Below, in pieces: positions 1-10,236 of a stretch of 64,000 nucleotides of DNA. The notes under the pieces were generated by a model. That model had not been told where the DNA came from. It was given only the letters and a program-made list of their open reading frames with translations, and searched no databases. Numbering within the stretch: the stretch's first letter is position 1; each line of letters opens with the position of its first letter. The position numbers and the translations under genes were made by a program. The stretch is from Pseudomonadota bacterium (GTDB taxonomy: Bacteria > Bdellovibrionota > FAC87 > UBA2466), in assembly GCA_043718025.1 (NCBI GenBank), contig JAYSWN010000091.1, forward strand, positions 1,882-65,881, given 5' to 3'.

Positions 1-934
1 GTACGACAACAAAGTGATCGGAAGCAAAACGGTCTTCAAATACCTGCTTAAGTTCAGCGGCGGACAGACCCGCGTTCGGGCTGGCGAATACCGTTTTCAG
101 ACCGACATGCGTTTGCTTGATGCCCTCTTCGTGCTCTACAACGGCGACCCAATCACGCATCCGGTTACGATTCCCGAAGGCTACAATGCCCAACAGATTG
201 CGGGGCTGGTAACCAAAGCTGGGCTAGGCAGCGAGGCCAAGTTCTTAAAAATTGTAATGAGTCCAGAGACCGTAAAAAAATATAAACTCAACTCACCGTC
301 TCTCGAAGGTTATTTGTTTCCTGACACTTACCACTTTTCGAAAATTGACGGCGAAGACAAAATTGTGGATCGAATGGTTCAAGAATTTTTCAAACGCATC
401 GATCCCACTCTGCGCGAAGAGATTGCCCGTACTGGCTTTTCGCTCGAGCAATTCGTTACGCTGGCCAGCATCGTGGAAAAAGAGACCGGCAATATCGACG
501 AAAGAAATTTAGTGGCATCGGTATTTCACAACCGGTTACGCAAGAAGATGCGGCTAGAGAGTGACCCCACCATTATTTATGGTATCGAAAACTATGACGG
601 CGATATTCGTACCAAAGACATTCGCCGCAATCACCCCTACAACACCTACGTGATCAAAGGCCTTCCGCCCGGCCCCATCGCCAGCCCCGGATTTGCCACG
701 TTAATGGCGACGCTTCGTCCGGCGACCAGCAATTATTTATTTTTCGTTGGCAATAATCAGGGCAAGCACGCTTTCTCTGAAACCTACGACCAACATCTAA
801 AATACGTTAAAACCTACCAAAGACGGGGGCTGGTAAATCGCAATGTCCCCAATCAGCCGCCACCGGGCCGCGACCCCAAGAGTCAGGCAAAAAACGGGGT
901 TCGCGCGTTAGCCGGAAAAAAAGGAAAGAAATGA
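1..934 (+). CDS. mltG: Endolytic murein transglycosylase MltG (YceG-like), 5'-truncated by window edge; Lys-rich C-terminal tail
   Basis: Translation contains the YceG-family core 'ASIVEKETGNIDERNLVASVFHNRLRKKMRLESDPTIIYG'. The ORF runs to the window start with no start codon. Its stop overlaps the next gene (ATGA). Confidence 0.8.
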   Translation, partial: YDNKVIGSKTVFKYLLKFSGGQTRVRAGEYRFQTDMRLLDALFVLYNGDPITHPVTIPEGYNAQQIAGLVTKAGLGSEAKFLKIVMSPETVKKYKLNSPSLEGYLFPDTYHFSKIDGEDKIVDRMVQEFFKRIDPTLREEIARTGFSLEQFVTLASIVEKETGNIDERNLVASVFHNRLRKKMRLESDPTIIYGIENYDGDIRTKDIRRNHPYNTYVIKGLPPGPIASPGFATLMATLRPATSNYLFFVGNNQGKHAFSETYDQHLKYVKTYQRRGLVNRNVPNQPPPGRDPKSQAKNGVRALAGKKGKK

Positions 935-1452
935 AAAAAGGTAAAAGCCGTGGCCCCGCAAAAGTAGTTGCTACAAAGGGTCGTGGCGATGTTACCCCCA
1001 ATCGCGAAGCGGTAGTGATGACGGAGCTGGTGCTTCCCTCCCACACCAACGCCCTAGGCACTATCTTTGGCGGCGTGGTGATGAGCTGGATCGACGTAGC
1101 GGGAGCCATCGCCGCGATGCAGTATAGTCGGTCGCACGTGGTAACGGTTTCGGTGGATTACCTTCATTTCATCGCCCCGATCAAAACGGGTTTCACCGTT
1201 AGGGTGGAGGCACGTGTCACTTATACCGGCACAACCTCGATGGAGGTAGAAATCATCGTATTCAGTGAAAATAGCATGACCGGGGACCGCCGCCAGGCCA
1301 CGCACGCCTTTTTAACTTACGTGGCGGTAGATGAATTCAACCGCCCTCGCCCGGTGACCAAACTACTTGCGACCACCGCCCAAGAAAAAAAACTTCAGGC
1401 CGAAGCAGAAAAACGCCGAAAGGCCCGCCTTCAATTTCGCGAATCGCTTTAA
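931..1452 (+). CDS. Acyl-CoA thioester hydrolase, hotdog fold (YciA-like)
   Basis: Strong similarity pattern to E. coli YciA ('LPSHTNALGTIFGGVVMSWIDVAGAIAA...VVTVSVDYLHFIAPI'). Translationally coupled to mltG. Confidence 0.8.
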   Translation: MKKGKSRGPAKVVATKGRGDVTPNREAVVMTELVLPSHTNALGTIFGGVVMSWIDVAGAIAAMQYSRSHVVTVSVDYLHFIAPIKTGFTVRVEARVTYTGTTSMEVEIIVFSENSMTGDRRQATHAFLTYVAVDEFNRPRPVTKLLATTAQEKKLQAEAEKRRKARLQFRESL

Positions 1453-1469
1453 CCCTAAGCCTCAAAAAT

Positions 1470-1871
1470 TTAGCGTTTAGAAGTGATCAGCTGTTCAATG
1501 TGCACAACGATATCTTTTAAAGCGGACCCGGGCCCGAAGATGGCCTCTACCCCGGCGGCCTTTAATGCCGCGACGTCGACGTCGGGAATTATCCCGCCAC
1601 CTACCACCGGAATATCAGACGCTTTCTTTTCAGCGAGAAGTCTCAATATCTCCGGAAACACTTTTCCGTGCGCGCCCGATAAAATGCTCACGCAGATCAC
1701 TTCCACATCTTCTTGTACGGCAGAGTTCACGATCATCTCGGGAGTCTGGTGCAGACCAGTGTAGATCACCTCCATGCCGGCGTCCCGCAAGGCCGCCACT
1801 AACACCTTAGCGCCGCGGTCGTGGCCATCTAACCCGGGCTTAGCCACTAACACTCGAATAGGTGGCTTCAT
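1470..1871 (-). CDS. Stand-alone cobalamin (B12)-binding domain protein, acyl-CoA mutase small-subunit-like
   Basis: 133 aa, '[33 protein letters not shown]' matches the DxHxxG B12-binding Rossmann motif of methylmalonyl/isobutyryl-CoA mutase C-terminal domains. Confidence 0.75.
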   Translation of the reverse strand: MKPPIRVLVAKPGLDGHDRGAKVLVAALRDAGMEVIYTGLHQTPEMIVNSAVQEDVEVICVSILSGAHGKVFPEILRLLAEKKASDIPVVGGGIIPDVDVAALKAAGVEAIFGPGSALKDIVVHIEQLITSKR

Positions 1872-2482
1872 TATTGTGACTTCTCTTTCTTGTTGAACCG
1901 TTTAGGAAAAATGTTCACGGCTTTTCTTTTCTCTTTTAAAAACTCGGCCACCACGCTGCCTACCCTCACCTCTTCGTCATCGCTTCCCACGCCCCACTCC
2001 GTTAACAATTTGGTAAAGAAGTGATAGTTCTCGTCGTTGGCTTTGCGGATGAACCTTCGCCAAGGCAAATTGGGGTACTTGTGCAGCCGCGTATCGGCCG
2101 CCGCCGTTGACCACTCTTCAAACCATTTCATTTCCAAACGCGACTCTTGTTGTAGCGGCGTAAAAAACTGGGGAAGCAGCCAATGGCCCGATAACTCTAA
2201 GAGGTTTTGTAATGTGAACTGATCCCACAGTTTTAAGCACGAAAAAATTTCTGTCAGCCGCTCTTCCGAGATCTCTGCAGTCCCTTTTTTTAACGACAGC
2301 ACCACCGCCACGCCCGAGGCGCGCAACTGCGGCATCAAAATCTTTAAACGATCCCAAACCGCGACGCTGCCACTGAGCCGCACCAACGCGCGGTTTCCAT
2401 CTTCTCCAGCCTCCATGGCGGGCAATAGCGCGCTATCGGCAATGGCATCGAGGTCAAATAGTAGAGGCGACTCAGTAGACAT
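1871..2482 (-). CDS. Hypothetical protein (203 aa), co-operonic between hbd and the B12-binding subunit
   Basis: Long ORF with start/stop overlaps on both neighbours (coupled). No recognisable motif. Confidence 0.5.
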   Translation of the reverse strand: MSTESPLLFDLDAIADSALLPAMEAGEDGNRALVRLSGSVAVWDRLKILMPQLRASGVAVVLSLKKGTAEISEERLTEIFSCLKLWDQFTLQNLLELSGHWLLPQFFTPLQQESRLEMKWFEEWSTAAADTRLHKYPNLPWRRFIRKANDENYHFFTKLLTEWGVGSDDEEVRVGSVVAEFLKEKRKAVNIFPKRFNKKEKSQ

Positions 2483-3323
2483 AAACTCCGCGGCCGGTTT
2501 TACGGCCGTACCAACCGGCTTCCACGTATTTTCTCATTAAGGAACAGGGGGCATATTTGGGATCGCCTAAGTCTTTGTAGAGCACTTCACAAACCGCCAA
2601 GCACACGTCGATGCCCACAAAATCGGCCAGCTCCAAGGGCCCCATCGGAAAGTTACAACCGAGTTTCAAAGCCGTATCAATGTCTTTGGCTGAGGCCAGC
2701 CCTTCTTTAAGCGCAAAGAAACCTTCGTTGATCATCGGCATCAGAATGCGGTTTACCGCAAAACCAGGGGCGTCTTTTGCTTCAATAAAAACCTTACCCA
2801 TTTTCTCGGAGACTTCGCGCACCGCCTTAAAACAGAGATCGGAGGTCGCCATTCCACGAATGCCCTCTACCAGCGTCATCAAGGGCACCGGATTCATAAA
2901 GTGCATCCCGGCCACCAGCTCGGGCCGTTTGGTCTTGGCGGCAATTTCAGTGATTGAAATGGAAGAGGTGTTGGTGGCAAACACGACCCCCGGACGGCAA
3001 AGCGCATCAAGATCTTTAAAGAGTTTAAATTTGATGTCGCGATTTTCTGAGGCAGCTTCGATCACGAAATCGCAAACACCGAGATCTTCCCACTTCGTAG
3101 TCAACTTTATTCGCCCCAAAATGTCGCCGGCCGGTGCACTGAGCTTTTTCTTTTCTTCGAGCTTGGCCAGACTTTTCTGCATCGTGGCGCGGGCTTTTTC
3201 AAGCTGGGGCTGCGATATGTCGAACAGCGTCACGCTGTAGCCGGCCTGGGCGCCGACCTGCGCAATGCCGTTGCCCATGCTGCCCGAGCCAATCACACCA
3301 ACCTTAGAAATCACGTCCATCAA
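2472..3323 (-). CDS. hbd: 3-hydroxybutyryl-CoA (3-hydroxyacyl-CoA) dehydrogenase
   Basis: N-terminal NAD Rossmann '[17 protein letters not shown]'. Whole-length 3HCDH family pattern ('[13 protein letters not shown]', '[13 protein letters not shown]'). Confidence 0.85.
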   Translation of the reverse strand: MMDVISKVGVIGSGSMGNGIAQVGAQAGYSVTLFDISQPQLEKARATMQKSLAKLEEKKKLSAPAGDILGRIKLTTKWEDLGVCDFVIEAASENRDIKFKLFKDLDALCRPGVVFATNTSSISITEIAAKTKRPELVAGMHFMNPVPLMTLVEGIRGMATSDLCFKAVREVSEKMGKVFIEAKDAPGFAVNRILMPMINEGFFALKEGLASAKDIDTALKLGCNFPMGPLELADFVGIDVCLAVCEVLYKDLGDPKYAPCSLMRKYVEAGWYGRKTGRGVYVY

Positions 3324-3476
3324 GCCTCCTCAGGGGAAATAAGTGAGAGTTAATCAAAGGGGGGAAAGAAGGTCAAAGACTGCGTCGATAGTGAGGATTG
3401 ACGCTAAAAATGGAAAAGGCCCGGTTTCCCGTTACCGGGAGCCGGGCCAAGTTCTGATTTCACTTAAACTTCTAAA

Positions 3477-4997
3477 TTAGAATCGGCGGCCCGGTTGTTG
3501 AACCGGAGTGTGCACTCGCGAACCAGTACTTCCGTTGTTGCCACCCGAAGCCAAACCATTGGTACGGTTTCGGTTAGCCACTCCAGCCGCACCCGGGGGT
3601 TGGTTGGCCGCATCGGCCTTGGCCTGCTCGCTCTGCGTCTTCACTTGGCCGACGTAATCTTTTACCGTCTTGAGGTTGCGAGCCGTAAGGCCACAATCAT
3701 CGATCAAGGGTTTCAATGCCGTTCCAATCTGAGCTTGGGCGTTGCTGATCGTCGTCACCAGCGCAAAGGCGTTATTGATTAGCGCCTTTTTGTCGCGTGA
3801 CGAACGAACAATTTCAATTGCAGCTTCCATCGGAGCGCCAAAGAGCGCCTCGATGTTCTGCGATACATCAGTACAGCGCGTTTGATCGGGCCTCGTAAAA
3901 TTGTTCAGCAGCGGCAATAACGTGTCGTTAGCAAATTTCGGGCTGACTTTAGCCGCGAACTGGTAAGCCGAGTTCGTCCACGAACTTGCACTAAGCGGAT
4001 TGCCGCGACCAAGCTGGTCCACGTTCTTTTCGCAGTTGGCTAACAGCTGATCGCCACCTTTGCGAAAGCTTGTTTTCACAATCTTTGCTTGACCGCGCAC
4101 GCTGTCGGAAAACTGAGTCTTCAGTTTCACAAAATCTTCGTCGTTAGCTGCGTCATCGAGCGCCACGGCACCCAACACGGTGTCCTTAATGGTCTTCGTC
4201 AACTGATTGTTGATGTCGGGCAACTGCTTGCTTTTCTGATTTTCCCATTCCGCTTTCAACTGATTCAACCCAGTGGCGAGCGAATTGTCGCCCTTGGTTA
4301 AGTCAGAGCGCTGTTGAATCGGCTGGGCAAAAGCTTCAGCTGCCTTGTTATCATCTTGAAATTTTTGAAGCGAATCGAAAAGTTTGGCGACGCTAGCCGC
4401 GCGTTGCGCCTTTTTCACTTTGTTCTCTTCTTGGGTAATATTGATGGATTCATCTTTAAGATACTGAACGTACTGCGAACCCATTGTGTCGGAAAGCGAA
4501 TTTGACGCCGTGAAATCTACGTCTATTTTGCAGCTAGCTTCCATTTGATTGGTGTTGATATCGCTACCAGTATTGCCTTGGGCAGGAGCAATGCTGTTAA
4601 TGCGAGCCAAGTCAGCTTTGTTAGCTTCAATAGAATTCTTGATTTTATCGTCTTGGGCCTTTTGAATAGCTAAAATCGATTTTTGTTTGTTCTCGATCGT
4701 GCGCTTAGCGCCGTCGACTTTACCGCGAAGTTCACGCTCTTCAGCACTGCGCTGAATGATTTCGCCGGTCTTCTCTAAGCTTGCCCTTAGGCTAGCTTCA
4801 AGAGCCGATTCAGCGGCGGCGGCGTTTCCACCGATGGCCAGACCCGAAGGCTTCAACACGTCGGTGTTGATATTTGGGGAGTTAACGCTTGAGTTGTATC
4901 CACTCAAGGCACCGTATTCGGCATTGGCCGTTGCGCTCAACATGAGCATAAGGCCTAAAAACGCCGCACAACTGACTGATCGTTTTGCACTGTTCAT
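3477..4997 (-). CDS. Secreted protein, ~500 aa, coiled-coil/low-complexity, unknown function
   Basis: The ORF extends to 5090, but a signal-peptide-bearing start 'MNSAKRSVSCAAFLGLMLMLSATANA' lies at ~4997. K/E/Q/A-rich heptad-like composition. No catalytic motif seen. Confidence 0.5.
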   Translation of the reverse strand: MNSAKRSVSCAAFLGLMLMLSATANAEYGALSGYNSSVNSPNINTDVLKPSGLAIGGNAAAAESALEASLRASLEKTGEIIQRSAEERELRGKVDGAKRTIENKQKSILAIQKAQDDKIKNSIEANKADLARINSIAPAQGNTGSDINTNQMEASCKIDVDFTASNSLSDTMGSQYVQYLKDESINITQEENKVKKAQRAASVAKLFDSLQKFQDDNKAAEAFAQPIQQRSDLTKGDNSLATGLNQLKAEWENQKSKQLPDINNQLTKTIKDTVLGAVALDDAANDEDFVKLKTQFSDSVRGQAKIVKTSFRKGGDQLLANCEKNVDQLGRGNPLSASSWTNSAYQFAAKVSPKFANDTLLPLLNNFTRPDQTRCTDVSQNIEALFGAPMEAAIEIVRSSRDKKALINNAFALVTTISNAQAQIGTALKPLIDDCGLTARNLKTVKDYVGQVKTQSEQAKADAANQPPGAAGVANRNRTNGLASGGNNGSTGSRVHTPVQQPGRRF

Positions 4998-5493
4998 CTT
5001 CAACTCCGCTACAACTTCGATAACTACAAATCCACACTCGTACTTCTCTGCAAGAACTCTGCTCACAGATTGCACTCCATTAGTGGCCATTAAGGCCGCT
5101 AGTAGAGCGTACGATTCTTCACGCAGCTATTTTGCAATCATCGGGCCACAACCCCGAACGGCGTGATGCCTAAGTTAAAGCGAGGATCCCCGTGGAGGAG
5201 GCGAAGAGCAGAGCGCACGAAAAGACTCGCCCCCCCCCCAACAAAGCGTGTTTTCGTCACCTATATGGAAAGTTCTTTTACACCCAGAACAGGTTCAAAA
5301 CTAATTGCGAACGCCAATACCGCCTTGCCCAAAGACATACTTCAGCGGAAACAGGCCTCCATTTCGACTCCTGGCGACTCCTAGCGGAATACGCCCCTCA
5401 CAAAACTACGCATCAAATCCCCCTTTTTTGAGAACTTATTCATCACTCCACTCGTTGTACAACCGCCTTTAGCGAGCTAACCTAAGCAAACTA

Positions 5494-6900
5494 ATGAATA
5501 CGTCGATAAAGTCTTTAAAGTTATGGGATCTAGTGTGGATGTTTGTAGTCACCGTGACCAGTCTACGCTGGATTGCGTCGGCCGCCGCCGGAGGCCCCTC
5601 TTCGTTGTCGCTGTGGGTACTGGCCATTCTCTGTTTTTTTATTCCGCAAGGGCTAGCCGTTGCCGATCTCTCGGCCCGGTTTCCCGAAGAAGGTGGTCTA
5701 TACCGCTGGACTAAGCTGGGGTTTGGCGACTTCCACGGCTTTGTTTGTGGCTGGTGCTACTGGGTAAACAACCTGCTCTACTTCCCAAGCCTGCTCATTT
5801 TCATTTGCGCTACCTTAGCCTTTTCGCTGGTTCCCCTTACCGGCAACCATGATTTGGAATCCAATCCAACTTATGTAGTGAGTGTTACGCTCGGAATATT
5901 GTGGCTGGTGGCGGGGCTTAGTTTCTTAGGATTGCGTTATTCAAAGTGGCTGCAAGACATCGGCGGAATTGGCAACTGGATACCCGCGGCTCTGGTGGCG
6001 ACGTTAGGACTTTGGATCGCGCTAAAGTACGGCAGCGCCAATGCCATTACGCCGGCCTCACTCATGCCTTCACTTTTTCAAATTGAAAAAATTAGTTTTT
6101 TCTCGCAGCTCTGTTTCGCGTTGGCCGGCCTCGAGCTGGCGTCCTTCGTCGGAAGCGAAATCGACAATCCCCGGGTGAATTTTGTGCGGGCCTTGATTCG
6201 CGCCAGCTTTTTCATCTTATTCGCTTACCTTTTAGGCACCTGGGGAATTTTGGTTACCATTCCCCAAGAGCGCATCACCGCGGTAAATGGCGTCATTCTT
6301 CCTCTGATCGAGTTTGGACACAAATTGGGATGGCCGTACTTTGCCCCGGTTTGCGGTTTTATGATCGTGCTAGGTGGCCTGGGCACCACTCTGGCGTGGT
6401 TTTCAGGCGCCGCCCGGGTTCCGTATTTAGTGGGAGTCGATCGCTACCTGCCGTCGTGGCTTGCAAAACAACACCCGCGCTGGGGAACCCCCCATTATGC
6501 CATTCTGGTGCAGGCGTTACTCTCGACCTTGTTCACTCTGTTTGCCACCTACGGCAGCGGTCGACTCGAATTGATCTACAAGATCTTGGTCGACATGTGC
6601 CTCATTCTCTACTTTATCCCTTATCTTTATCTCTTCTCGGTGATGATTCGCCTCCGTCACGTGCCGGGGGACCCGCAGGCCTCCGAGGGGGGAGTTTCGC
6701 TCTCTCCCCGCAGTCGAAAATTTACGGGTTGGCTAGGGCTGGCAACAACCGCGCTGGCAATCGTAATGACCCTCATTCCCACTTCGGGAAGTGTGGGCGT
6801 GATTCTGGTGGCCAAGACTTTCTTCGGAACCGCGGCGATGATTGGCATTGGACTCTTTTTCTTTTTACGCCATCGGCAAACGCAAGAAAGGCCCACATGA
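5494..6900 (+). CDS. APC-family amino acid permease
   Basis: 468 aa, ~12 hydrophobic segments. N-terminal pattern 'WDLVWMFVVTVTSLRWIASAAAGGPSSL...FIPQGLAVADLSARFPEEGGLY' is typical of the amino-acid/polyamine/organocation family. Confidence 0.8.
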   Translation: MNTSIKSLKLWDLVWMFVVTVTSLRWIASAAAGGPSSLSLWVLAILCFFIPQGLAVADLSARFPEEGGLYRWTKLGFGDFHGFVCGWCYWVNNLLYFPSLLIFICATLAFSLVPLTGNHDLESNPTYVVSVTLGILWLVAGLSFLGLRYSKWLQDIGGIGNWIPAALVATLGLWIALKYGSANAITPASLMPSLFQIEKISFFSQLCFALAGLELASFVGSEIDNPRVNFVRALIRASFFILFAYLLGTWGILVTIPQERITAVNGVILPLIEFGHKLGWPYFAPVCGFMIVLGGLGTTLAWFSGAARVPYLVGVDRYLPSWLAKQHPRWGTPHYAILVQALLSTLFTLFATYGSGRLELIYKILVDMCLILYFIPYLYLFSVMIRLRHVPGDPQASEGGVSLSPRSRKFTGWLGLATTALAIVMTLIPTSGSVGVILVAKTFFGTAAMIGIGLFFFLRHRQTQERPT

Positions 6901-7136
6901 AACTGAAAACCCGGCACTTAACTCTGCTCGCGCTCTTTTTTTGGAGCCCAATCCACGCACAAAGCCCGACCCCAAACCCAATCTCTGCGCCGGCCGAGCC
7001 CGAACTCGTAAAAGAGGACGACACCGCCCGCTTAAACGCAAAGAAAAAGCCGCGCCATAGCGAAAGCGCGCCGATCACCAAATCGCGCCCCCAAAAAAAA
7101 GGGCTGCACCCGGCGCCCCCGCCAAAAACAAACTGA
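6897..7136 (+). CDS. Small secreted basic/Pro-rich protein (79 aa), start overlaps permease stop (ATGA)
   Basis: 'MKLKTRHLTLLALFFWSPIHAQS' is signal-peptide-like. It is only the tail of a longer, otherwise implausible overlapping ORF (6330-7136). Confidence 0.35.
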   Translation: MKLKTRHLTLLALFFWSPIHAQSPTPNPISAPAEPELVKEDDTARLNAKKKPRHSESAPITKSRPQKKGLHPAPPPKTN

Positions 7137-7302
7137 TAGCTTAGCTAATTAGCAATTTTATAGGCTACCCATCCCCCTTGCGCCGCAACCCTCTCGCGTT
7201 GCGTCATAAGAACACCTCGCTAATTCGGTTTCCCGGACAAACTACCGATAAGAGTGTGAAGAAGTTCTCGCTTTTCTCGTTTTTGATGAGGGAATCCTGC
7301 CC

Positions 7303-9720
7303 ATGAGTCGTTTGCTCCGCCTACTGAAAAAAGGGCGACACGCTCTTTTTCACGCCTACGATGGCGTGGCTGCCCTTTACGAGGGGCGAACTCCGGGCGA
7401 AGTTGCGTTTTCCAAAGGCAATAAAAAGAAGCGCCGCCTTTTCCGCATTGTTTTAAATGGATCGTTTGCCCTGGCCGCCGCCTTTTTAATTACCACGCCT
7501 GGCCCTCGTCACGTGTCAGTACCAATTCTGCGTCAAGGTGACATCGCCGACCAAAATATTATCTCTCCGGTCACCATGGATCTGCAGGCCGCTCAAAGTG
7601 CAACGAGCGATAAAGAAGAGAGCACCCGTAAAGTGGCGCCGGTGTTCGATTACGACGACAGCATTCTCGACACCTGGCTACAAGGCTGGAAAGAGGCGTT
7701 TCGTAAAATTCGGGAAGAGTTCTATTCAAAAAACTCGGTCAAACGCAATAACGTCACCGAAGCGGTAGGCCAACGGCTGCAAGAGTACACCGGCCAAACC
7801 CTTTCGGCACGCGACATTCTCTTTTTGCACCAGCACAAATTTTCCATAACCCTTGAAACGCTTTGGGTACGAGCGTCCGAACCCTTGCTTGGCCGCCTCA
7901 TTGCCCCCATCGATCTTTTTCCGTCGTACTACAGTACCGGCATCGTAGTTCGCCAGGTGAATCAGGCACTAAACGAAACCCTGGTTCACGACGTGTCTCG
8001 CATCTGGAGCTTAGAGCACGCTCGCGAGTTTGTTCGCCACTTGCCCTTGCCGGCGGACATTCCCGGAACGAGAAAAGCCGACAACTTAGGATTAACGCGT
8101 ACCACCGTAGACATGCTGGCGGTTCAACTTGTCGCCAACCTGAAATTTAACCCCGCCGCCACCCAAAAAAGAATCGCAAATTTCTTAGGCCAAACGCAAA
8201 GACCGATTCTGGCTTTACGTCGCGGCGAAACCTTTATTCGCCGCGGAGAGCGCCTCTCCGAAAATCAAGCGGCCGCCCTTACCCACTTGGTGGAACTCAC
8301 CGCGCCCAAAGCGCGGATGCAGCGTCTGGCACTCATCGCCCTCACCCTTTTCTTATTGCTGAGCATCTTGTCGCGTCTGGAGATGACCAAATTCAGCTTC
8401 GTGAGAACACCGCTCAAAGATGTTCTGGTCTTTCTCACTTTTGCTTTGCTTCAACTCGCGGCAATCAAATTGCTACTTCCCTATCTGCGCTTGGTGTTCA
8501 TGAGCTTTAACGGTGGCTTTGGCGTTGAGTACCTACTGCCCTTTGCTACCGGCGGATTGTTGATTCACCTTCTGATGGGGCGCGAAATGGGCTACTCGTT
8601 TGCCCTGCTCGTAAGCGTGGCAACCGGTTTCTTAGTGGATGAACCTTTCTTCTTTACGCTCTGGGGGTTTTCGATAACGGCGGGAGCCATTCAAAGCATT
8701 CGCGGCTGTCGAGAAAGAACCGACCTATACCGATCGGGTGCCTGGAGTGGGTTTGTCGGCGCTTTATTAGTGATCTCATTCTTCTCCATTCATTTTTTTG
8801 GGTACAAATCGGTAGCTTTTCAGAATGCGCTGATCATCGTTTCGCTTTCGTTTCTAAGCGGTTTAGTGGCCACTTTCTTGGTGAGTTCGGTAACCCCTAT
8901 CCTTGAGGCTTTATTGGGCTACACCACCAGCTTGAAACTCTTAGAACTTTCCAACTTTAACCACCCTCTTTTGCATTCGCTGATGATGAAGGCCCCGGGC
9001 ACTTACCACCATTCGGTTATCGTCGGAAGTTTGGCCGAAATTGCTGCCGATCGCATCAAAGCCAATTCGTTACTCGCACGGGTCTCGGCGTACTATCACG
9101 ACATTGGCAAAATGAGTAAGCCCCTCTATTTTATTGAAAATCAAACCCCGAACAGTAATCCCCACGACCACCTTAAGCCCTCAATGAGCGCCAAAATTTT
9201 ATTCTCCCACGTTAAAAATGGCGCCCGCCTGGGTCGTGAATATAATCTCGGCAAAAAGGTGGTCGATGTAATTGAGCAGCATCATGGCACCACCCTAACG
9301 CATTTCTTTTTCAACAAAGCCCAGAAGATTGAAAAGGCGAACGAAAAAGACTCAGCCGGAGAACCAAGCGAAAATGATTTCCGTTACCCCGGACCTAAGC
9401 CTCAAACCCGGGAAGCGGCAATCGTGATGATTTGCGACGCCTGCGAAGCGGCCACCCGAAGTATTGCCGACCCCTCGGCCTCTAAGATACAGACCATGGT
9501 TAACATGATCATCAGCCGCCGTTTGCTAGACGACCAATTTAGTGAGTGCGACATGACCCTGCGCGAACTTCAAGCCGTAGAAGAAAGCATTACTCGCACC
9601 CTCGTATCGCTCTACCACCACCGAATTGAATACCCCGGCAACCCCAAGACCGAGTCTAGAGCTTCCGGCACTCCCCCCCTAACCATTGCCGATCCGTCGG
9701 CTAAGACCAATCAGGGCTAG
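7303..9720 (+). CDS. 7TM receptor with intracellular HD hydrolase domain (7TMR-HD / PgpH-like)
   Basis: Multi-TM central region followed by the HD motif 'HSVIVGSLAEIAADRIKANSLLARVSAYYHDIGK'. Conserved synteny with the ybeY gene immediately downstream. GAGGGA SD upstream of the ATG. Confidence 0.8.
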   Translation: MSRLLRLLKKGRHALFHAYDGVAALYEGRTPGEVAFSKGNKKKRRLFRIVLNGSFALAAAFLITTPGPRHVSVPILRQGDIADQNIISPVTMDLQAAQSATSDKEESTRKVAPVFDYDDSILDTWLQGWKEAFRKIREEFYSKNSVKRNNVTEAVGQRLQEYTGQTLSARDILFLHQHKFSITLETLWVRASEPLLGRLIAPIDLFPSYYSTGIVVRQVNQALNETLVHDVSRIWSLEHAREFVRHLPLPADIPGTRKADNLGLTRTTVDMLAVQLVANLKFNPAATQKRIANFLGQTQRPILALRRGETFIRRGERLSENQAAALTHLVELTAPKARMQRLALIALTLFLLLSILSRLEMTKFSFVRTPLKDVLVFLTFALLQLAAIKLLLPYLRLVFMSFNGGFGVEYLLPFATGGLLIHLLMGREMGYSFALLVSVATGFLVDEPFFFTLWGFSITAGAIQSIRGCRERTDLYRSGAWSGFVGALLVISFFSIHFFGYKSVAFQNALIIVSLSFLSGLVATFLVSSVTPILEALLGYTTSLKLLELSNFNHPLLHSLMMKAPGTYHHSVIVGSLAEIAADRIKANSLLARVSAYYHDIGKMSKPLYFIENQTPNSNPHDHLKPSMSAKILFSHVKNGARLGREYNLGKKVVDVIEQHHGTTLTHFFFNKAQKIEKANEKDSAGEPSENDFRYPGPKPQTREAAIVMICDACEAATRSIADPSASKIQTMVNMIISRRLLDDQFSECDMTLRELQAVEESITRTLVSLYHHRIEYPGNPKTESRASGTPPLTIADPSAKTNQG

Positions 9721-9723
9721 AGC

Positions 9724-10236
9724 GTGCCGAAATTAATTAAAGTAGAAAACTTAGAGATCACCGTAAAAGCCAATCGCCTGCTCACGCCCAGCGCATTGCT
9801 CCGAGTAAATCGAGCGATCAAGGGCTGCCTCACCGCGCTTCTAAAAAAGAAGAACCGGCTAGAACTTAAAAAAAGCGGCCACTATCTCATTCACATTGAG
9901 ATGGTGACGGTCGCAAAAATGACAAAACTAAATAAGATCTTTCGGGGAAAAGATGGCCCTACCGATGTACTGACCTTTGCCCGCTGGGAAGTGGACATGC
10001 CAGCCGTGCCGTTGTTAGATTTAGGTGACGTTATCGTAGCCCCGGGGGTGGGGCGTAAGCAGGCCGCGCGTTTCGAAAACACTTACCTAGAAGAGCTTGA
10101 GCGCCTTACGGTGCACGGCCTCTTGCACCTGTTTGGCTACGATCACGAATTGGGACCCCGAGAAGCAAAAGAGATGTTTATACTGCAAGAAAAAATTCTT
10201 GCGGGGCTAAAAGCCAAACTCAATAAGCCAAGGTGA
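9724..10236 (+). CDS. ybeY: Endoribonuclease YbeY (16S rRNA 3' maturation)
   Basis: 'PTDVLTFA' and the zinc motif 'HGLLHLFGYDHE' (H-x3-H-x5-H). GTG start 3 nt after the upstream stop. Confidence 0.85.
   Translation: MPKLIKVENLEITVKANRLLTPSALLRVNRAIKGCLTALLKKKNRLELKKSGHYLIHIEMVTVAKMTKLNKIFRGKDGPTDVLTFARWEVDMPAVPLLDLGDVIVAPGVGRKQAARFENTYLEELERLTVHGLLHLFGYDHELGPREAKEMFILQEKILAGLKAKLNKPR

Noticed and set aside
2611-3240. Antisense ORFs inside confirmed genes (e.g. 2611-3240 within hbd, 10764-11519 within the PK-like gene, 31779-32310 within the Ala/Pro-rich gene, 33920-34399 within rnr, 22539-23081 within batA)
   Set aside because: Shadow ORFs on the opposite strand of strongly recognisable genes. 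Low-complexity Ser/Arg/Ala-rich translations, no RBS.
5163-5431. 73-aa and 79-aa ORFs in the divergent intergenic region upstream of the permease
   Set aside because: Overlapping alternative frames, Arg-rich, no SD. The region more likely holds promoters for the flanking genes.
6330-7136. 268-aa ORF overlapping the 3' third of the permease gene in another frame
   Set aside because: Arg/Pro/Gly-rich translation typical of an out-of-frame read of GC-rich coding DNA. Only the last 79 codons (from the ATGA-coupled start at 6897, with a signal peptide) are kept as a low-confidence gene.
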